A DNA stretch of 64,000 bases from Chloroflexota bacterium (lineage in GTDB: Bacteria > Chloroflexota > UBA6077 > CF-72): contig JACPOP010000015.1 in assembly GCA_016191465.1 (NCBI GenBank), forward strand, positions 210,261-274,260, in the 5' to 3' direction. Below are positions 9,085 through 18,534 of this stretch, in pieces. The position numbers were made by a program, and so were the translations under genes. Numbering within the stretch: the first letter of the stretch is position 1; each line of letters begins with the position of its first letter. The notes beneath the pieces are model-generated. The model worked only from the letters and a program-made list of their open reading frames with translations, made no database searches and had not been told where the DNA came from.

Positions 9085-10359
9085 TCAGTCGCCGACGAGC
9101 CGCACCGCGGCCACCCGGGCGTCATAGCTATGGCCCTGGCCCATCACCTCGAAGCTCAGCACCCGGAACGGTTTCCGCTCCTCGTTCTGGTCCATGAGGT
9201 TGACGCGGTACGTGACCCATTCGCCTTGCGGCACTTCCACCGCGTTGCGCACCGGCCGGTTCTCCGGGTTCGCGTAGAAGAAGCCCACCAGCCAGTCGGG
9301 CCGGGTGCCTTCGCGCACGCCTTCGTACTGGACGCGCAGCATCATCGGGTACTCGGAGCCGACCTGCCCGCCGCCGGAGAGGCTTGCGCTATCGACCCGG
9401 ATGAGGGCTTCCACGTACAGGCTCCGGAATCCGGACACGTCTACGTCCAGCGGACGCCGTAAGCCCGTCTCGCCGTGGGAGAGCGCGATGGAGTTCCGCA
9501 GGATGCGCAAGGCGGACAGCGGCTGGCCGTCCACGGTTGGGCCGGGGACGAAATACCGTTCGCCGTCCGTATCCGGCGGACCGTTCTGCACGTCGATCGT
9601 CTCCCAGCCGTCCGCTTGTCGGGCAAAGTCGCCATTGTCAAACAGCGACATCGCACGAGCCACGGGCGATGAAATCTGGCGGTCCGGGCGCAGGTCTGCC
9701 CGCTGACCGGCACGAACGGTGACCGGGAGCGCGGAAGCACCCTCCAGACTCACCTCGCCGTCGTAGACGAGCACCCTGGCCGTGCCGTCTGGCTGGATCC
9801 AGATGGTGGAATCGCCTTTGCGGACGGTGGCCCGGCCGCCCGCAAGCTCGACGACGATGTCGCTCGCCGGCTCGTAGCGGACCGAACCCTGATCCTGGCG
9901 CAGGATGACGGTGCTGCGGTTGATGAACCGCCCAACGTCCATGCGCACGAGCTGCAGCCGGCCTTCGGACAGGACTGTGGCGGACGAGCTTTCAAACAGC
10001 TGGATGCGTCCCGAGGCGCCGCGGGTGGATTCCACCACCGCGCCCACGGGGAGGCTACGGTCGGCGGTGCTCAAGCGCACCTGGGGCCCATCGGCAATCT
10101 GCGCATAAACCTCGCCCCGGATGTTGTCCGCGCGCGCGGTCCGGTCCACGTCGGAGTGCGTCACGTACTGGTACGCCACCTGGACCGCGACTCCCAGTAG
10201 CACGCACAGGGTCCCAAAGGCCACCCAGAGCGTCAGCCAGGCTCGACGGGCCGCGCGGCTTTCCGCCTCCACGCCGACCCTGGGCAGGACGAATGGGCGC
10301 GGCCGGGCGCTGGCGACGGTGTCGGCCGATACCTCAGACGGGGGTTGGAGTGTCTTCAC
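9085..10359 (-). CDS. Membrane-anchored protein with FecR-like beta-rich domain and C-terminal beta-sandwich
   Basis: N-terminal TM (WLTLWVAFGTLCVLLGVAV), and a FecR-like periodic pattern (GRIQLFESSSATVLSEGRLQLV...VLVYDGEVSL...VRAGQRADL). Weak call. Confidence 0.45.
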   Translation of the reverse strand: MKTLQPPSEVSADTVASARPRPFVLPRVGVEAESRAARRAWLTLWVAFGTLCVLLGVAVQVAYQYVTHSDVDRTARADNIRGEVYAQIADGPQVRLSTADRSLPVGAVVESTRGASGRIQLFESSSATVLSEGRLQLVRMDVGRFINRSTVILRQDQGSVRYEPASDIVVELAGGRATVRKGDSTIWIQPDGTARVLVYDGEVSLEGASALPVTVRAGQRADLRPDRQISSPVARAMSLFDNGDFARQADGWETIDVQNGPPDTDGERYFVPGPTVDGQPLSALRILRNSIALSHGETGLRRPLDVDVSGFRSLYVEALIRVDSASLSGGGQVGSEYPMMLRVQYEGVREGTRPDWLVGFFYANPENRPVRNAVEVPQGEWVTYRVNLMDQNEERKPFRVLSFEVMGQGHSYDARVAAVRLVGD

Positions 10360-10483
10360 TGCGGAAAGAGACGGGGAACACCGCGTTGGCGCTTGATAGC
10401 CGAGTCTATCAACGGACCTGGCACCTGCCGCGTGACGCCGGGGGCGTGCCGCGCCGGTTCCGGCCGGTTGCCCACGATACAGC

Positions 10484-11617
10484 TCAGCACGCGGCGGACG
10501 CTTCGAGAGGCTGCGACCCGGCTATGCCGGCCTTCAAGCGCGAAGCAAGGAGTCCGCTCCGTAGCCGCTCGAGGCGCTCCGCGAGCACCGTCAGGTTGTG
10601 GATCGACGCTAACCGGTAGCCCAGCGGATCGCCGGCCTGGAAGAAGGCGGCGACCGCGCCGGCGGGCCAGCCCTCGCACGTCTGGCAGGGGCAGCCCTCC
10701 AACAAAGGCCCTTGCAGCTCCAGCGTGGCTCGCTTGCGGAGGTTGAGGCGGCCCTCGGTATGGCGGTCCGCCCAGACCGCGCCATTGCGCGCCAGACGGG
10801 TGGGCAGCACGCAGTCGAAGAGGTCCACGCCCAGGCGGGCATACGCCACGACTTCCACGGGCGTGCCGACGCCCATGAGGTAGCGCGGGCGGTCGCGCGG
10901 GAGCTCCGCGAGGGTGGCGGCAAGCACGGGTGCCGCGACGTGGCGCTCCTCGCCAATGCTGAAGCCGCCGATCGCGAAGCCGGGCGCGCCCGTGGTGGCG
11001 GCGAAGCGACCCGCCGCGCGACGGAGGTCCACGAACAGGCCGCCCTGAACCAGGTGGAAGAGCGCCTGGTCTTCCCGCCGTCGTGCGCGCCGGCTGCGCT
11101 CCCACCAGCGCTGGGTGCGCTCGAGTGCTGCCTCGGCTTCAGCGCGTGTGGCGGTGGCGGGGACGCACTCGTCCAGGGGCATGATCAGGTCGGCGCCGAG
11201 CGCTTCCTCAAGCTGGACCACGGACTCGGGCGTGAAGCGCAAGGCATGGCCGTCCAGGTGCGACTGAAAGGTTACCCCGTCGTCGTCCACCGTTCGCTGA
11301 TGGCCCAGGCTGAAGACCTGGAACCCGCCGCTGTCCGTCAGGATGGCGCCGTCCCAGCGCATCATGCCGTGCAGGCCCCCGAGACACCGCACCGTTTCTG
11401 GGCCGGGCCGCAGCGCCAGGTGATAGGTGTTGGCCAGGACACACCGGGCGCCCGTGTTCCAGACGTCGCCGGGCGTGAGCGATTTCACGGTTGCCAGGGT
11501 GCCCACCGGCATGAATGCCGGTGTGGGAATCGGCCCGTGGGGGGTGTGCAGGATCCCGGCGCGCAGCCGGGAGTGCGGGTCTTCGGCAAGCACCTCGAAG
11601 GCGAAGGGCGCGGGCAT
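10484..11617 (-). CDS. tgt: Queuine tRNA-ribosyltransferase
   Basis: TPAFMPVGT, ANTYHL, DSGGFQV, LMGVGTP, CxC..C zinc site (CPCQTC). Trimmed from fused ORF 10484..12550 to ATG 11617. Confidence 0.95.
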   Translation of the reverse strand: MPAPFAFEVLAEDPHSRLRAGILHTPHGPIPTPAFMPVGTLATVKSLTPGDVWNTGARCVLANTYHLALRPGPETVRCLGGLHGMMRWDGAILTDSGGFQVFSLGHQRTVDDDGVTFQSHLDGHALRFTPESVVQLEEALGADLIMPLDECVPATATRAEAEAALERTQRWWERSRRARRREDQALFHLVQGGLFVDLRRAAGRFAATTGAPGFAIGGFSIGEERHVAAPVLAATLAELPRDRPRYLMGVGTPVEVVAYARLGVDLFDCVLPTRLARNGAVWADRHTEGRLNLRKRATLELQGPLLEGCPCQTCEGWPAGAVAAFFQAGDPLGYRLASIHNLTVLAERLERLRSGLLASRLKAGIAGSQPLEASAAC

Positions 11618-11629
11618 CGCACTCGGAGT

Positions 11630-12682
11630 ATGCCGGGATGGCACGCCTATACTCGGCAGCTTCGCGTGCGCATCGACGAGTTCGATTATCTGCTGCCTGC
11701 CGAATCGATCGCTCAGACACCTGCCGAACCGCGGGACAGCGCCCGGCTGCTGGTCGTCCGCCGTGGCTCCGACACGTACGAGGACCGCAACGTGTTCGAC
11801 CTTCCGGACCTGCTGCAGGCGGGCGACCTCGTCGTCGTCAACCGCTCGCGGGTGCTGCCCGCGCGGGTGCTCGGCCGCCTCGCCAGCGGCGGACAGGCCG
11901 AGCTGTTGTTGCTGCGCCGTCTCGCGCCGGGCCGCTGGCAGGCCCTGGCTCGGCCGGCGCGGCGGCTCCGTATCGGCGCCAGCTTCCTCGCGGCTGGCGG
12001 CGTCCGCGCGGAGGTCGTCGGGGTCGGCGACGCGGGCCAGCGGGAGATCCGGGTCATCAACCCCGACAGCCCCGAGGCAGGGGACGCAGCCTTGCTGGCC
12101 GCCGGCAGCGTGCCGTTGCCGCCGTACATCCACGGCTGGGTGGGCGACCCCGAGCGCTATCAGACGATCTTCGCCACGGACCCTGGCTCGGCTGCCGCGC
12201 CCACCGCCGGACTGCACTTCACGCCGGACCTGGTGGCGCGGCTGCGCGCCGCCAGGGTGGACGTGCAGGAAGTCGTCCTGCACGTGGGACTCGACACGTT
12301 CCGGCCTGTCGGCGAGGAGGACCCCGCGCAGCATCGCATGCACCAGGAGTGGTACGTGGTGCCCTCCCCCACTCGCTCGGCGGTACAGCAGACCCGGCTG
12401 CGCGGCGGCCGGGTGGTCGCGGTGGGCACGACGTGCGTACGCTCGCTCGAGGCCTGGTCGGCCACGGGACAGGCGGAAGGGTGGACAGACCTGTTCATTC
12501 TCCCGGGCTTCCGCTTTCAGGTGGTGGATGCCCTGCTGACGAATTTTCACCTGCCGCGCTCAACCCTGCTCATGCTCGTGAGCGCTTTCGCAGGCCGTGA
12601 GCCAGTCCTCGACGCCTACGCCGAGGCGGTCCGTCGAGGCTACCGCTTCTTCTCATTCGGCGACGCAACGCTGTTCCTCTGA
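11630..12682 (+). CDS. queA: S-adenosylmethionine:tRNA ribosyltransferase-isomerase
   Basis: RIDEFDYLLPAESIAQTPAEPRDSARLLVV, VVNRSRVLPAR, LPPYI, TAGLHFT, VGTT, FHLPRSTLLMLVSAF. Start is ATG 11630 or the canonical-looking GTG 11666. Confidence 0.93.
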   Translation: MPGWHAYTRQLRVRIDEFDYLLPAESIAQTPAEPRDSARLLVVRRGSDTYEDRNVFDLPDLLQAGDLVVVNRSRVLPARVLGRLASGGQAELLLLRRLAPGRWQALARPARRLRIGASFLAAGGVRAEVVGVGDAGQREIRVINPDSPEAGDAALLAAGSVPLPPYIHGWVGDPERYQTIFATDPGSAAAPTAGLHFTPDLVARLRAARVDVQEVVLHVGLDTFRPVGEEDPAQHRMHQEWYVVPSPTRSAVQQTRLRGGRVVAVGTTCVRSLEAWSATGQAEGWTDLFILPGFRFQVVDALLTNFHLPRSTLLMLVSAFAGREPVLDAYAEAVRRGYRFFSFGDATLFL

Positions 12683-12699
12683 GGGGCCGCCCGCGACCG

Positions 12700-12870
12700 T
12701 AGGGCATCCTCCACGAGCCGGACGCGCGTGGGGTGAACTCCCGACACGTGGCTGCTTAACGGGGCGCGAACTGCGCACATTTGGGCGAATTGGGCAGGAA
12801 GCAACCCTTGCGCCGGTCCGCGGGAGTGCCCATAGTCGCCCGTCCCCCGCGGACAGCCCTCGTCAGAGGA
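12700..12870 (+). ncRNA. Candidate ydaO-type (c-di-AMP) riboswitch-like leader of the glucosaminidase gene (unverified)
   Basis: 255-nt leader with blocks GGGGUGAAC (12730-38), AACGGGG (12758-64), GGGCGAAUU (12783-91) and GACAGCCCUCGU (12852-63). Also a 7-bp stem CCGCGGG/CCCGCGG. Resemblance to RF00379 is from memory only. Confidence 0.3.
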
Positions 12871-12937
12871 CCCAGCCACTCAGGCGGTCGGCGACGGAGG
12901 AATTCCAGTCCGGCCCACGCGGAGAGCCTCACTACCC

Positions 12938-14449
12938 ATGATCCTGACTCGATTCCCGCTTACTTCGATAGCCACTGGAGCCCTAGCCACGGGCGGACTC
13001 CTGGTTGTCCTGTCCGTCCCCGCGTTCGGCTTCTTTGGCGGCGGTGGCGTGACCGAGCTTTCTCAGCGGAGCGCCGCGCTGCCCCAGCCGCAGGCCCAGG
13101 TGCGGGTCGAAGCACCAGTCCTCCCCCTGAACCTGCTCCTGACCAACGACTCCGAGGGCGCATCCCAGATCGGCCCCGCGGCACCCGCGAGCCCGGAGTG
13201 GGTTCGCACCACGCGCGCCGTGCTCCTGTGGTCAGCCTCAGCCGACGACGCCAAAATTTTTACCGATGCCCCGGAGGGCACGATCCTGCGGCTGCTGGGC
13301 CAGACCCAGTCTGGACGAGTCATGGTTTCCTACGCTGGGGATGGGCTGTTCCGGAAGCCCGGAACGGCGTGGGTGGACGCCACCTCCGTTGCCGGGACCG
13401 ATGCCCCGGCTGACCTGAGCGCGATCAACGACATGGCCTTCAAAGGCCTTTCTGATTGGATGGTTACCCAACGGGTGGTTGCGCTCTGGTCCGGGCCGGA
13501 CCAGAAGGCAGTCAGCCTGGTGGAGCTGCCGAAGGGCGCGTACGTGCAAGCCCAGGGACCAGTCCGTGACGGTCGGGCCCTGGTCTCGTACGAGGGTGAC
13601 TTCGGCGCGCGCCAGCCGGGTGTTGGCTGGGTCGAGCAAGCCGCCACGGCTACCTCGGCTGCGCCGGGCCGCTGGCTGCAGGCGAAGGTCGTCTCCAGCC
13701 TGTACTCGGGTTCAGATGACAGGGCGTCCCGCTTCACCGATCTGCCGGCCCGCAGCCTGGTCAAGATCGTGGAGGCCAGCGCTGCCTCGGACAAGCGGAT
13801 CCAGGTTGAGTATTTCGGGGATGGCGGCACCCGCCTGCCGGGGGTTGCCTGGGCGCCGAAGGCGGATCTGGCCAGTGTGACCGCACCGTCGCCGCTGCCC
13901 ACGCGCCCCGCGCCGACGTCGCCCAACGTCTCGGCAGCCAGGCCGAGCACGCCCAGCACCATGACGCCCATCCAGCCCTACACGGTGAAGAATAACGCCG
14001 ACTTTATCGCCCAGGTGGGCACGGCCGCCCAGCGCTCCATGAAGATCACCAACGTCCCGGCCAGCGTCACCGTGGCGCAGGCGATCCTCGAATCTGACTG
14101 GGGCCGTTCGGGGCTCTCCCGCAAGGCCAACAACCTCTTCGGCATCAAGGCGACGCGGGTGGTAGGAAGCGCGGGCTACATTGTGATGCCTACCTGGGAA
14201 AACGTGGACGGCGAGGACGTCACGGTGAACCAGTCGTTCCGAGCCTACGCGACACTCGAAGATTCGGTCACGGACCACGGCAAGCTGTTTCAGCAGAGCA
14301 ACTTCCGCAAGGCCATGGCCGTCGCCAGCGACCCGCGCTCCTTCGCGCAGGCGATCGCGGATGCTGGCTATGCCACGGACCCTGCCTACGCCAGCAAGCT
14401 GATCGCGATCATGGATCGCTACAACCTGTACCAGTTCGACGCTCGGTAG
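12938..14449 (+). CDS. Secreted peptidoglycan hydrolase: three SH3-like repeats plus C-terminal mannosyl-glycoprotein endo-beta-N-acetylglucosaminidase domain
   Basis: Signal/TM at the N-terminus, three ~65-aa repeats (ALWSGPD...VSYEGD...GWV), and C-terminal AQAILESDWGRSGLSRKANNLFGIKA...YATDPAYASKLIAIM. Confidence 0.85.
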   Translation: MILTRFPLTSIATGALATGGLLVVLSVPAFGFFGGGGVTELSQRSAALPQPQAQVRVEAPVLPLNLLLTNDSEGASQIGPAAPASPEWVRTTRAVLLWSASADDAKIFTDAPEGTILRLLGQTQSGRVMVSYAGDGLFRKPGTAWVDATSVAGTDAPADLSAINDMAFKGLSDWMVTQRVVALWSGPDQKAVSLVELPKGAYVQAQGPVRDGRALVSYEGDFGARQPGVGWVEQAATATSAAPGRWLQAKVVSSLYSGSDDRASRFTDLPARSLVKIVEASAASDKRIQVEYFGDGGTRLPGVAWAPKADLASVTAPSPLPTRPAPTSPNVSAARPSTPSTMTPIQPYTVKNNADFIAQVGTAAQRSMKITNVPASVTVAQAILESDWGRSGLSRKANNLFGIKATRVVGSAGYIVMPTWENVDGEDVTVNQSFRAYATLEDSVTDHGKLFQQSNFRKAMAVASDPRSFAQAIADAGYATDPAYASKLIAIMDRYNLYQFDAR

Positions 14450-14502
14450 AAGCCCCGGGCCCCTGATGCGCAGGGGCACTGGGCGGCCTGCTGCGAAGCG
14501 TC

Positions 14503-14540
14503 CGGAGGCCCTGGAGCATGCTCCAGGGCCTCCGCGTTTC
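14503..14540. terminator. Bidirectional hairpin terminator between convergent genes
   Basis: Perfect 32-nt palindrome CGGAGGCCCTGGAGCA|TGCTCCAGGGCCTCCG (14503-14534), followed by CGTTTC. It lies between the stops at 14449 (+) and 14579 (-). Confidence 0.6.
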
Positions 14541-14578
14541 CCAGGGCTCGTGCTCGCAAGTCCGAACCCCGCGCTGGC

Positions 14579-15316
14579 TCAGTGCTCCAGGGGGCGGCCA
14601 CAGGTGGGGCAGGCCGAGACGGCCGGCTCGGGCTGGGCGGCTTCGAAGGGTCGGGCGGAGCCGCACTTCGGGCATCCTTCGGGGGCCCGTTTGGCGCGGA
14701 CCACGTAGCCGCAGCGGGTACACGCCCAGCGGTACGCCAGCTCTCGCACCAGGTCGGCTCGACTGATCAGGCCGGCCAGCCGTCCATCCTCGCCCACCAC
14801 CGGCACGCGTTTAAGCCGCCGTGACACGAACAGCGCCCGCACGGTCTCCAGCGTGGCCGACGTGGGCACGCTGACGACGTCCCGCGACATGATGTCCCCG
14901 ACCGTCTTCCCGCTCCGCGCGATGAGGTCGTACTCGGACAGGACCCCCACCAGGGCGTCACGATAGTCGCACACGGGCAGGCCGCTGATCCGGTGCTCGG
15001 CCAGCAGCTCCGCGGCCTCGTGGATCGTGGTCTGGGGAGTCACGGTGATTGGCTCGGTGCTCATGATGTCCTGGGCGGTCACCGGCAGCGGCCGGTGGTC
15101 CATCTCTTCCACCTGGTCGAGCAGGGCCGAGATCTCGTGGTCATCCAGGGTTATCCCCAGCGACGCGAGCGCCCCGGTAGGCGCCCCCAGGACCCACGAA
15201 CGGAGCGCCGGCTCGCGCCGGAGCCGCTCCAGGATCTCCGCCAGGCTTTGCTCCTGGTCGTCCGCCTCCGTTGTTACGGCTGCGCCCGCTGGCGTGCCCC
15301 CATTGGTTCCAACCAT
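14579..15316 (-). CDS. CBS-pair protein with C-terminal rubredoxin-like zinc ribbon
   Basis: Two CBS motifs (IMSTEPITV...ISGLPV; IMSRDVVSV...LKRVPVV), then CTRCG...CPKCG...CPTCG. Confidence 0.8.
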   Translation of the reverse strand: MVGTNGGTPAGAAVTTEADDQEQSLAEILERLRREPALRSWVLGAPTGALASLGITLDDHEISALLDQVEEMDHRPLPVTAQDIMSTEPITVTPQTTIHEAAELLAEHRISGLPVCDYRDALVGVLSEYDLIARSGKTVGDIMSRDVVSVPTSATLETVRALFVSRRLKRVPVVGEDGRLAGLISRADLVRELAYRWACTRCGYVVRAKRAPEGCPKCGSARPFEAAQPEPAVSACPTCGRPLEH

Positions 15317-15368
15317 GGACCTATGCTATCGCCACCAGCGGTAAACGTCACCTGGGAGGATTGATCGC

Positions 15369-15908
15369 TTGGCACTCGGCTCAAACTCAATCAACACGAA
15401 TGGGCTTTCACCATCAGTCAGGGTCGGAGCGGAGGTCTGGATTGCCCCGGGCGCCGTCGTCGATGGCGACGTGGCGCTCTCGGACCGCGCCAACATCTGG
15501 TTCGCCGCCGTGGTGCGGTCGAATGGCGCGCCGGTGGTGTTGCACGAAGGGGCGAACGTCCAGGACAACTGCGTGGTGGAGAGCCAGCCTGGCCACCCGG
15601 CGATCCTCGGGCGCTATGCGACGATGGGCCACAACGCACGGGTGCTGGGCGCCATCATCGAAGAGCGCGTGCTCATCGCCATGGGCGCAACCGTACGCGC
15701 CGGAGCCCGAGTGGGCACGGGCAGCATCATTGGCGCGCAGGCCGAGGTGCCGGAAGGCACGGACATACCGCCGCGGTCGCTGGTTGTCGGAAATGGGCGT
15801 ATCCTGCGCCCCACCACAGATGCCGAGGTGGCCCGAATCCACCTGGGCGGCAGCGAGTACGAGCGACTCTCTCGCGAGTACCGCGCGGCCGTAGGCGGTC
15901 AGGCCTGA
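15369..15908 (+). CDS. Gamma-carbonic-anhydrase-like / left-handed beta-helix (hexapeptide) protein
   Basis: Hexapeptide periodicity: VWIAPGAVVDGDVALSDRANIWFAAVVR...NVQDNCVV. TTG start. Confidence 0.8.
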   Translation: MALGSNSINTNGLSPSVRVGAEVWIAPGAVVDGDVALSDRANIWFAAVVRSNGAPVVLHEGANVQDNCVVESQPGHPAILGRYATMGHNARVLGAIIEERVLIAMGATVRAGARVGTGSIIGAQAEVPEGTDIPPRSLVVGNGRILRPTTDAEVARIHLGGSEYERLSREYRAAVGGQA

Positions 15909-16393
15909 AGGCCGAGCGCCGCACGGACGCGCCGAAAGGTCTCGGCGCGCTCCTCGGCTGTCGTGCCGCGGGTACGGCGGCCGGGAACGCCCTCGACGTA
16001 GCTGTTCTCCGGAAAGCTCTGCCCTTCTGCGACCAGGCTGTCCGGCGCCACGATGCTCCCGGCGCCCACGCTGGATCGGCTGAGCACGACTGCTCGGCCT
16101 TCGATGCGCACGCCGTCGCCAATAGACGTGGCATGCACCACGGCGCCGTCCCCAACCCACACGTCCGCGCCAATGGAGGTCGGATGATCCACCTCCACGT
16201 GGACGCTGCAGCCCGACCCGAAGACGACGCGTGGTCCCGCCGCGATGTGCGACTGGTCGCCGCGCAACACGGTGCTGGCGCCGAAAGCTGCCGGGCCGCG
16301 GACGGACACGTTCCCGGCCAGAACTGCCGTAGGATCCAGGAGAACGTGTTCATCGGTGGCCGGTCGATGTTCACGGTACGGGTAGATCGGCAT
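15899..16393 (-). CDS. Gamma-carbonic-anhydrase-like / hexapeptide protein (second copy, convergent)
   Basis: MPIYPYREHRP...VLAGNVSVRG...VLRGDQSHI...; ATG 16393 chosen. The 3' end overlaps the previous gene by 10 bp. Confidence 0.8.
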   Translation of the reverse strand: MPIYPYREHRPATDEHVLLDPTAVLAGNVSVRGPAAFGASTVLRGDQSHIAAGPRVVFGSGCSVHVEVDHPTSIGADVWVGDGAVVHATSIGDGVRIEGRAVVLSRSSVGAGSIVAPDSLVAEGQSFPENSYVEGVPGRRTRGTTAEERAETFRRVRAALGLQA

Positions 16394-16506
16394 GAGTCGA
16401 CGAATAGCGTACCTGCCTTGCGGAAGCCGTCGGAGGGTTCGTAGGCTGGGGATCAACACGTGTCACTTTCTCGCGCGACGCGGGGACATTCCAGGCTTAG
16501 GGGCCG

Positions 16507-18510
16507 ATGAAAGCGGGGAACCCAGTCACGATGACTCTTGAGACTGCCGCCAGTACGACCGGGCAGATTGACGCGCTTCTGCAAGAGGATCGGCGCTACC
16601 CGCCATCCGCGGCGTTTCACGCGGCCGCGAACCTGTCGGATGCCGCGGTGTACGAACGCGCCGCCGCCAACCCAGAAGGATTCTGGGAGGAGGAGGCCAG
16701 GACCCGGATCACCTGGTTCAAGCCCTGGGACCGGGTCCTAGAATGGGACGCGCCGCGGGCACGGTGGTTTGTTGGCGCCGAAGTCAATGCTGCCTACAAC
16801 TGCGTGGACCGCCACCTTCAAAGCTGGCGGCGGAATAAGGCCGCCATCATCTGGGAGGGCGAGCCGGGCGAGCAGCGGGTCCTCACCTACCGCGACCTGT
16901 ACCGCGAGGTGAATCGGGCGTCGGCGGCGCTCAAGCGGATGGGCGTCGTCAAAGGTGATCGCGTCGCGATCTACATGGGCATGGTCCCCGAGATCGTCAT
17001 TGCGATGCTGGCGTGCGCCCGAATCGGCGCCACGCACACCGTCATCTTCGGCGGTTTCAGCGCTGAATCAATCTCCGATCGCGTCAACGATTGCAGCGCG
17101 AAGCTCGTCATCACCGCGGATGGCGGCTGGCGGCGCGGCGCTCGCGTAGGGCTCAAAGAGGTCGTCGACAGAGCGCTCGCGACCTGCCCCACGGTGCAGC
17201 GGGTCCTGGTGGTCAACCGCACTGACGACCCACGCGTGGTGCCGATGCAGGACGGCCGCGACGTGTGGTGGCACCGTGCGATGGCCGACTCTGGCGCCGA
17301 GATCGTCGAGCCGGAACGGCTTGACAGTGAGCACCCGCTGTACATCCTGTACACCTCCGGTACCACCGGCAAGCCGAAGGGGATGCTGCACACGACGGGC
17401 GGCTACCTGGTGGGCACGGCCACGACGCACGATACGATTTTCGACCTGAAGGAAGACGACGTGTACTGGTGTACCGCCGACGTCGGCTGGGTGACCGGGC
17501 ACTCGTACCTGGTCTACGGGCCGCTCGCCAACGGCGCCACCTGCGTGATGTACGAGGGCACACCAGATTACCCGGACAAGGACCGCTTCTGGTCCGTCAT
17601 CGAGAAGTACGGCGTCACCATCCTGTACACCGCTCCCACGGCGATCCGCACGTTTATGAAGTGGGGCAGCGAATACCCGGCGAAGCACGACCTGTCGTCG
17701 TTGCGGATCCTGGGGACCGTGGGCGAGCCGATTAACCCGGCGGCGTGGGTGTGGTACCGCGAGGTGATCGGCGGCGATCGCTGTCCCGTGGTGGACACCT
17801 GGTGGATGACCGAGACCGGCCAGATCCTGATCGCGCCGTTGCCCGGGATCACTACGCTCAAACCCGGTTCGGCCACGTTCCCGTACCCGAGCATCGAGGC
17901 GGACGTCGTAGACGACCAGGGCAACAGCGTTCCACTCGGGAAGGGTGGTTACCTCGTCCTCAAGCGGCCGTGGCCCGCGATGGCCCGCACCATCTGGGGT
18001 GATCCGGAGCGCTACGAGAAGCAGTACTGGAGCCGCTTCCCGGGCAGCTACTTCGCGGGCGATGGGGCCAGGCGCGACGAGGAGGGCTACTTCTGGCTCC
18101 TCGGGCGTGTCGACGACGTGCTGAACGTCTCGGCGCACCGCATTGGCACCATGGAAGTGGAATCGGCGCTGGTCAGCCACCCGGCGGTGGCCGAGGCAGC
18201 GGTCATCGGTATCCCGCACGAGATCAAGGGCCAGGCGATCGCGGCCTTCTGTTCGCTCCGCGCTGGATTTACGCCCGACGACCAGATGGCCGAGGCGATC
18301 CGCGCCCACGTTGGCGAAAAGATTGGCGCCATTGCGAAGCCGGACAAGGTGTTTTTCACCGCCGAGCTGCCGAAGACCCGCTCGGCCAAGATCATGCGGC
18401 GGCTGCTGCGCGACATCGCCGAAGGCAAGGTGCTCGGCGATACCACGACGCTGGCCGACCCGGCAGTCCTGGCGTCCATCAAGGAGCAGTACGAGCATAC
18501 GGAGAGCTGA
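16507..18510 (+). CDS. acs: Acetyl-CoA synthetase
   Basis: YTSGTTGKPKG, WWMTETG, TVGEPINP, LPKTRSAKIMRRLLR; full-length AMP-forming Acs. Alternative ATG at 16531. Confidence 0.97.
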   Translation: MKAGNPVTMTLETAASTTGQIDALLQEDRRYPPSAAFHAAANLSDAAVYERAAANPEGFWEEEARTRITWFKPWDRVLEWDAPRARWFVGAEVNAAYNCVDRHLQSWRRNKAAIIWEGEPGEQRVLTYRDLYREVNRASAALKRMGVVKGDRVAIYMGMVPEIVIAMLACARIGATHTVIFGGFSAESISDRVNDCSAKLVITADGGWRRGARVGLKEVVDRALATCPTVQRVLVVNRTDDPRVVPMQDGRDVWWHRAMADSGAEIVEPERLDSEHPLYILYTSGTTGKPKGMLHTTGGYLVGTATTHDTIFDLKEDDVYWCTADVGWVTGHSYLVYGPLANGATCVMYEGTPDYPDKDRFWSVIEKYGVTILYTAPTAIRTFMKWGSEYPAKHDLSSLRILGTVGEPINPAAWVWYREVIGGDRCPVVDTWWMTETGQILIAPLPGITTLKPGSATFPYPSIEADVVDDQGNSVPLGKGGYLVLKRPWPAMARTIWGDPERYEKQYWSRFPGSYFAGDGARRDEEGYFWLLGRVDDVLNVSAHRIGTMEVESALVSHPAVAEAAVIGIPHEIKGQAIAAFCSLRAGFTPDDQMAEAIRAHVGEKIGAIAKPDKVFFTAELPKTRSAKIMRRLLRDIAEGKVLGDTTTLADPAVLASIKEQYEHTES

Positions 18511-18534
18511 CGGGTAAGTGCCGCGTCGCCCCCG

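Noticed and set aside
10484-12682. Fused giant ORFs 10484..12550 (-) and 10712..12682 (+) covering each other
   Set aside because: Each consists of a genuine gene (tgt or queA) plus an antisense shadow of the other. GC-rich DNA lacks stops in the shadow frames. Both were trimmed at the first start consistent with family N-termini.
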